From an uncultured Armatimonadia bacterium (lineage in GTDB: Bacteria; Armatimonadota; Zipacnadia; CAVVLO01), in assembly GCA_963749155.1 (NCBI GenBank), contig CAVVLO010000002.1, forward strand, positions 448,001-512,000: a stretch of 64,000 nt of DNA. The letters are read 5' to 3'. Below the pieces are notes generated by a model. That model saw nothing but the letters and a program-made list of their open reading frames with translations. It was not told where the DNA came from and searched no databases. Below are positions 61,281-64,000 of the stretch, in pieces (position 1 is the first letter of the stretch; each line of letters opens with the position of its first letter). A program made the position numbers and the translations under genes.

Positions 61281-64000
61281 TCAGTCTTGCCAGCTTCGGA
61301 AGATGACGTCTTCCAGCTCGAAGCGACTCTCGGGAGCTGGATTCACGTTGTAAAGCCTGACGAAAACTTCCTCCGAGTCGAACACCCCGTAGACGGCAAG
61401 CCGCTGCAACAAGGCCAGTTTGCCCCCATAGCGCTCCGTCTCGCCCAGGTCCGAGAAGCGCACGAACAGCGTCCCATCCGCGCCAAGCTGGCCGGTGACG
61501 TTTACAAATTGCAGCCACCTGGCGTCCTCGAGCGCGGTGTCCGCTCTTACCGGTTGGTCGTGGGCGCTCAGCACTTCGGTCCACTGCTGCCCATCGGGAG
61601 AGCACTCAATCCTGTAACCGTTGGCTACGACCAGCTCGAGGTTGGCCTCAACGACCTGTGGCAGCTTGAGCTTGTAGGTAAAACTACCTCCCAGCGCAAC
61701 TCGCCGCGTGCCATCAGCCTCCAGTGCGGAGCCCTCTGGTTGAGCCAGATAATTGGCATCCTCGAAGGGATATACCGTCAGCAGTTTATGTAGCTGGTCC
61801 CGGCTGCCGGTCAGCCAGGCAAGGTCGATTGCCTGATTTCGCGGCTCAGCGCTCCAGGTGTCCAGCGCGTCATACCAGTGCCTTGCATCGGGCGAGACTT
61901 CCAGCTTGTAACCTGTCCCGGTAATCCGCAGGTCGAAGGCTGCGCCGGCGGCCTGGGTTGTGTCGAACCGCCAGACAAGAGGCCTGTCCTGACCAGTGCA
62001 GACGCGTTTGCTGCCCTCGAGCCTCCCATGAGCGCGCACCAGATGGGTGGCTTCCAGTGGCGAACTGGGCAAAAATCGTAATTCTTTCACTTTATGCGCC
62101 ACTTTGGGTTCTTTCGAGTTCACCTGACGAACTGGATCGGTGCCTGGCCTGAAGTAAGGGCTAGCCATAATCGGTTGCCAGGTCAGCTCTACCGTCCCGT
62201 CAGCCTCATAGCGCGGGAAGGCCCCCACAGGGATGACCTGCTGGGTTGTTCTGGCCATCTCGGCGCCCCGTAGCGAGATCCCCAGATACTCGGGATTGGC
62301 GTCATCCTGCGCCCAGGGGCCAGCCCCGCAGTCGTTCCAGGTCTCTTTCACTGTCTGCGGGCCGTGCCAGCCATTGGGGACGTCCAGATTGATGAGCTTG
62401 TCGACGTTGTCCAGCAGGCCAGCATTGCCCCAGACACCCAGCGGTAGCGAACCAGAGTAAGTATCGAACCCGCCAGGTGCCTCCAGCTTCTGGCCGTTGC
62501 AGTAGATGCCCTGTGCATCGATGGTATAGACAGCAAGAGCGCGCTGCCAGGTGTCGTAGTACTCCTGGTTGCCAGTGGCGTCCCAGGCAAGCCACGCAGC
62601 CTTGGTGCAGTTGAAGTGGCTCCACCCGCCAGGCCAGCCGGTGCCATCGTAGCCAATTGCGCCCGCGCACATCCGCTTCATCGCGCGGTCGAGCAGCGCA
62701 GTATAGCGCTCTACCATTGGCTCCTCATCAAGCGTCTTGCCAAGCTTCACCATCCAGGCGGCGGCCTTCACCATAAAGAAAGCGCGCACAAGCCAGGCGC
62801 CCTCATCGTCCATACGGAAAAGCTCATCGACGGCGTTTTGGGCATAACAGCGCGCGGTCGGCGCGTAGGGGTCGCCATATTTCGCCAGCATATAAGCGCC
62901 TGCCGCAAGGCCCGCCGGCAGCGCATTTACCATCTGCTGCGAAGGGAAGCCCCCTGTCAGCAAGGTGCCTTTGCTGAGGAAATGCTCCGCGTTGCGATAG
63001 ACATATTCCATATCGCGCTCGCTGATGCCGGGGAAGGGATAAAGCCAGATCCGCCCGCGCGCCTGCCCTGCCTTGCGATTGAAAGTCAGTCGCAGTTGGC
63101 GGTAGCCGAATTCCGGCAGCGCTTCCAGCAGGTCAGGTTGCCCCTCCCACATAACCAGCAAGGCTGTTGAATAGCCGGGCTGCGCCCAGGCTGATTGTTT
63201 ACGCAGGATGACATACGAGAAATCTGGACTGGCAAGGCTGACCAGCCCTTCCACCTCGGAGCGATAAGTAGTCTGCCTGTCTGGCAAGTGGAGGATTGCG
63301 GGCGCGTTTGGGTCTGGGTAGAAGAAATCCATCCCTCGCTCAGGCTCGCCCACTACAATCTGCACTGAGTCAGCCTCAGTTGAAGTGAAGCTATACTCAA
63401 GAGGTTTGTCCTCATCGCTCAGCCAGTAACGTCCGGCAAAATCCACTGCCAGCCCTTCCCGCGAATAGTGCCGCAGGAAGGTATAAGGCGAGGCGTGCCA
63501 ATAACGCGCGCTGCGAGCGATGCCTGGATTGCCCGCCTGGGCAGGCTCATCACTCCGGCCAAACTCGCCGATCTCGAACCACTGACCAGCCTGCTCGGCG
63601 CGGAATCCGACCTTCAATCCGCCTTCGATGGAGTCGCCCCAGGTCGACAAGGTAAGCCGGCCTTGCTTCTCGCCCCCCTCATCATCGAAGATGAGATAGG
63701 TCTTGCCGCCGCTCCGGTGGCGGAAGGCGTGATAAGCCTGGGTGCCATCGTAATGAGAAGCCACCAGCCCCTTGGTCAGCCTGCGAGCCAGCTCTACCCG
63801 CGCCACAGGAGAGAACTCGGCCTCCCAGGCGATGCTTTCTACCAGGCGCGAGGTGTCGTCGGGAAACTGGAGATGCCAGGCATCGCCTGTAATCGTGTCA
63901 TATCCCAAATGGGAATAACTGGTGATGTTGATGCGAGCATCCACCAGGTTCTCGCAGTAGTTCATCCCCAGGTAGTTGAGCTTGTATAGATCATAAGGCG
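61281..64000 (-). CDS. Large hypothetical protein (helical-barrel-like core + two homologous C-terminal beta-sandwich domains), 5'-truncated
   Basis: At least 894 aa, open to the window edge. AW.ATG...Y six-hairpin-like motif and repeated GY.(L/I)E.SPD...W. Confidence 0.65.
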   Translation of the reverse strand, partial: PYDLYKLNYLGMNYCENLVDARINITSYSHLGYDTITGDAWHLQFPDDTSRLVESIAWEAEFSPVARVELARRLTKGLVASHYDGTQAYHAFRHRSGGKTYLIFDDEGGEKQGRLTLSTWGDSIEGGLKVGFRAEQAGQWFEIGEFGRSDEPAQAGNPGIARSARYWHASPYTFLRHYSREGLAVDFAGRYWLSDEDKPLEYSFTSTEADSVQIVVGEPERGMDFFYPDPNAPAILHLPDRQTTYRSEVEGLVSLASPDFSYVILRKQSAWAQPGYSTALLVMWEGQPDLLEALPEFGYRQLRLTFNRKAGQARGRIWLYPFPGISERDMEYVYRNAEHFLSKGTLLTGGFPSQQMVNALPAGLAAGAYMLAKYGDPYAPTARCYAQNAVDELFRMDDEGAWLVRAFFMVKAAAWMVKLGKTLDEEPMVERYTALLDRAMKRMCAGAIGYDGTGWPGGWSHFNCTKAAWLAWDATGNQEYYDTWQRALAVYTIDAQGIYCNGQKLEAPGGFDTYSGSLPLGVWGNAGLLDNVDKLINLDVPNGWHGPQTVKETWNDCGAGPWAQDDANPEYLGISLRGAEMARTTQQVIPVGAFPRYEADGTVELTWQPIMASPYFRPGTDPVRQVNSKEPKVAHKVKELRFLPSSPLEATHLVRAHGRLEGSKRVCTGQDRPLVWRFDTTQAAGAAFDLRITGTGYKLEVSPDARHWYDALDTWSAEPRNQAIDLAWLTGSRDQLHKLLTVYPFEDANYLAQPEGSALEADGTRRVALGGSFTYKLKLPQVVEANLELVVANGYRIECSPDGQQWTEVLSAHDQPVRADTALEDARWLQFVNVTGQLGADGTLFVRFSDLGETERYGGKLALLQRLAVYGVFDSEEVFVRLYNVNPAPESRFELEDVIFRSWQD

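Noticed and set aside
61267..61605. N-terminal extensions in the ORF track (also 35681-35752, 25636-25740, 2332-2370)
   Set aside because: They overlap upstream genes. Downstream starts have an RBS, a signal peptide or stop-start coupling.
1..64000. CRISPR arrays, tRNA/rRNA, IS elements, prophage genes
   Set aside because: No spaced direct repeats, RNA gene signatures, or transposase, integrase or phage motifs seen by eye. Intergenic gaps are all under about 160 bp. A covariance-model search was not possible.

Overview
GC-rich bacterial DNA, almost fully coding (about 32 genes) and dominated by secreted carbohydrate-active enzymes: GH99-like x2, GH50-like, GHL15-like, DUF4091/GH123-like, BNR/sialidase-like, GH38 x2, GH29-like, DUF4832, GH141-like beta-helix, GH2 beta-mannosidase, several (alpha/alpha)6 and TIM-barrel orphans and DUF6259. 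It also has two URO-D/MtaA-fold proteins, a class III aminotransferase, a DUF6785/DUF6784 membrane protein and a few orphans. The gene content suggests an Armatimonadota-like glycan degrader (inference). Family calls come from recognised motifs, not database searches. About 14 single-base frameshifts, 12 of them net +1, split otherwise intact genes and are most likely long-read consensus errors. I saw no rRNA, tRNA, CRISPR array, transposase or integrase. Most notable signals: (1) a GCAGG-N17-(C/T/G)GAA sigma-H-like promoter motif before most operon starts, often as divergent pairs; (2) a membrane protein with a FYVE-like zinc finger and a long alpha-helical region; (3) a beta-sandwich domain apparently nested inside a homologous copy of itself.
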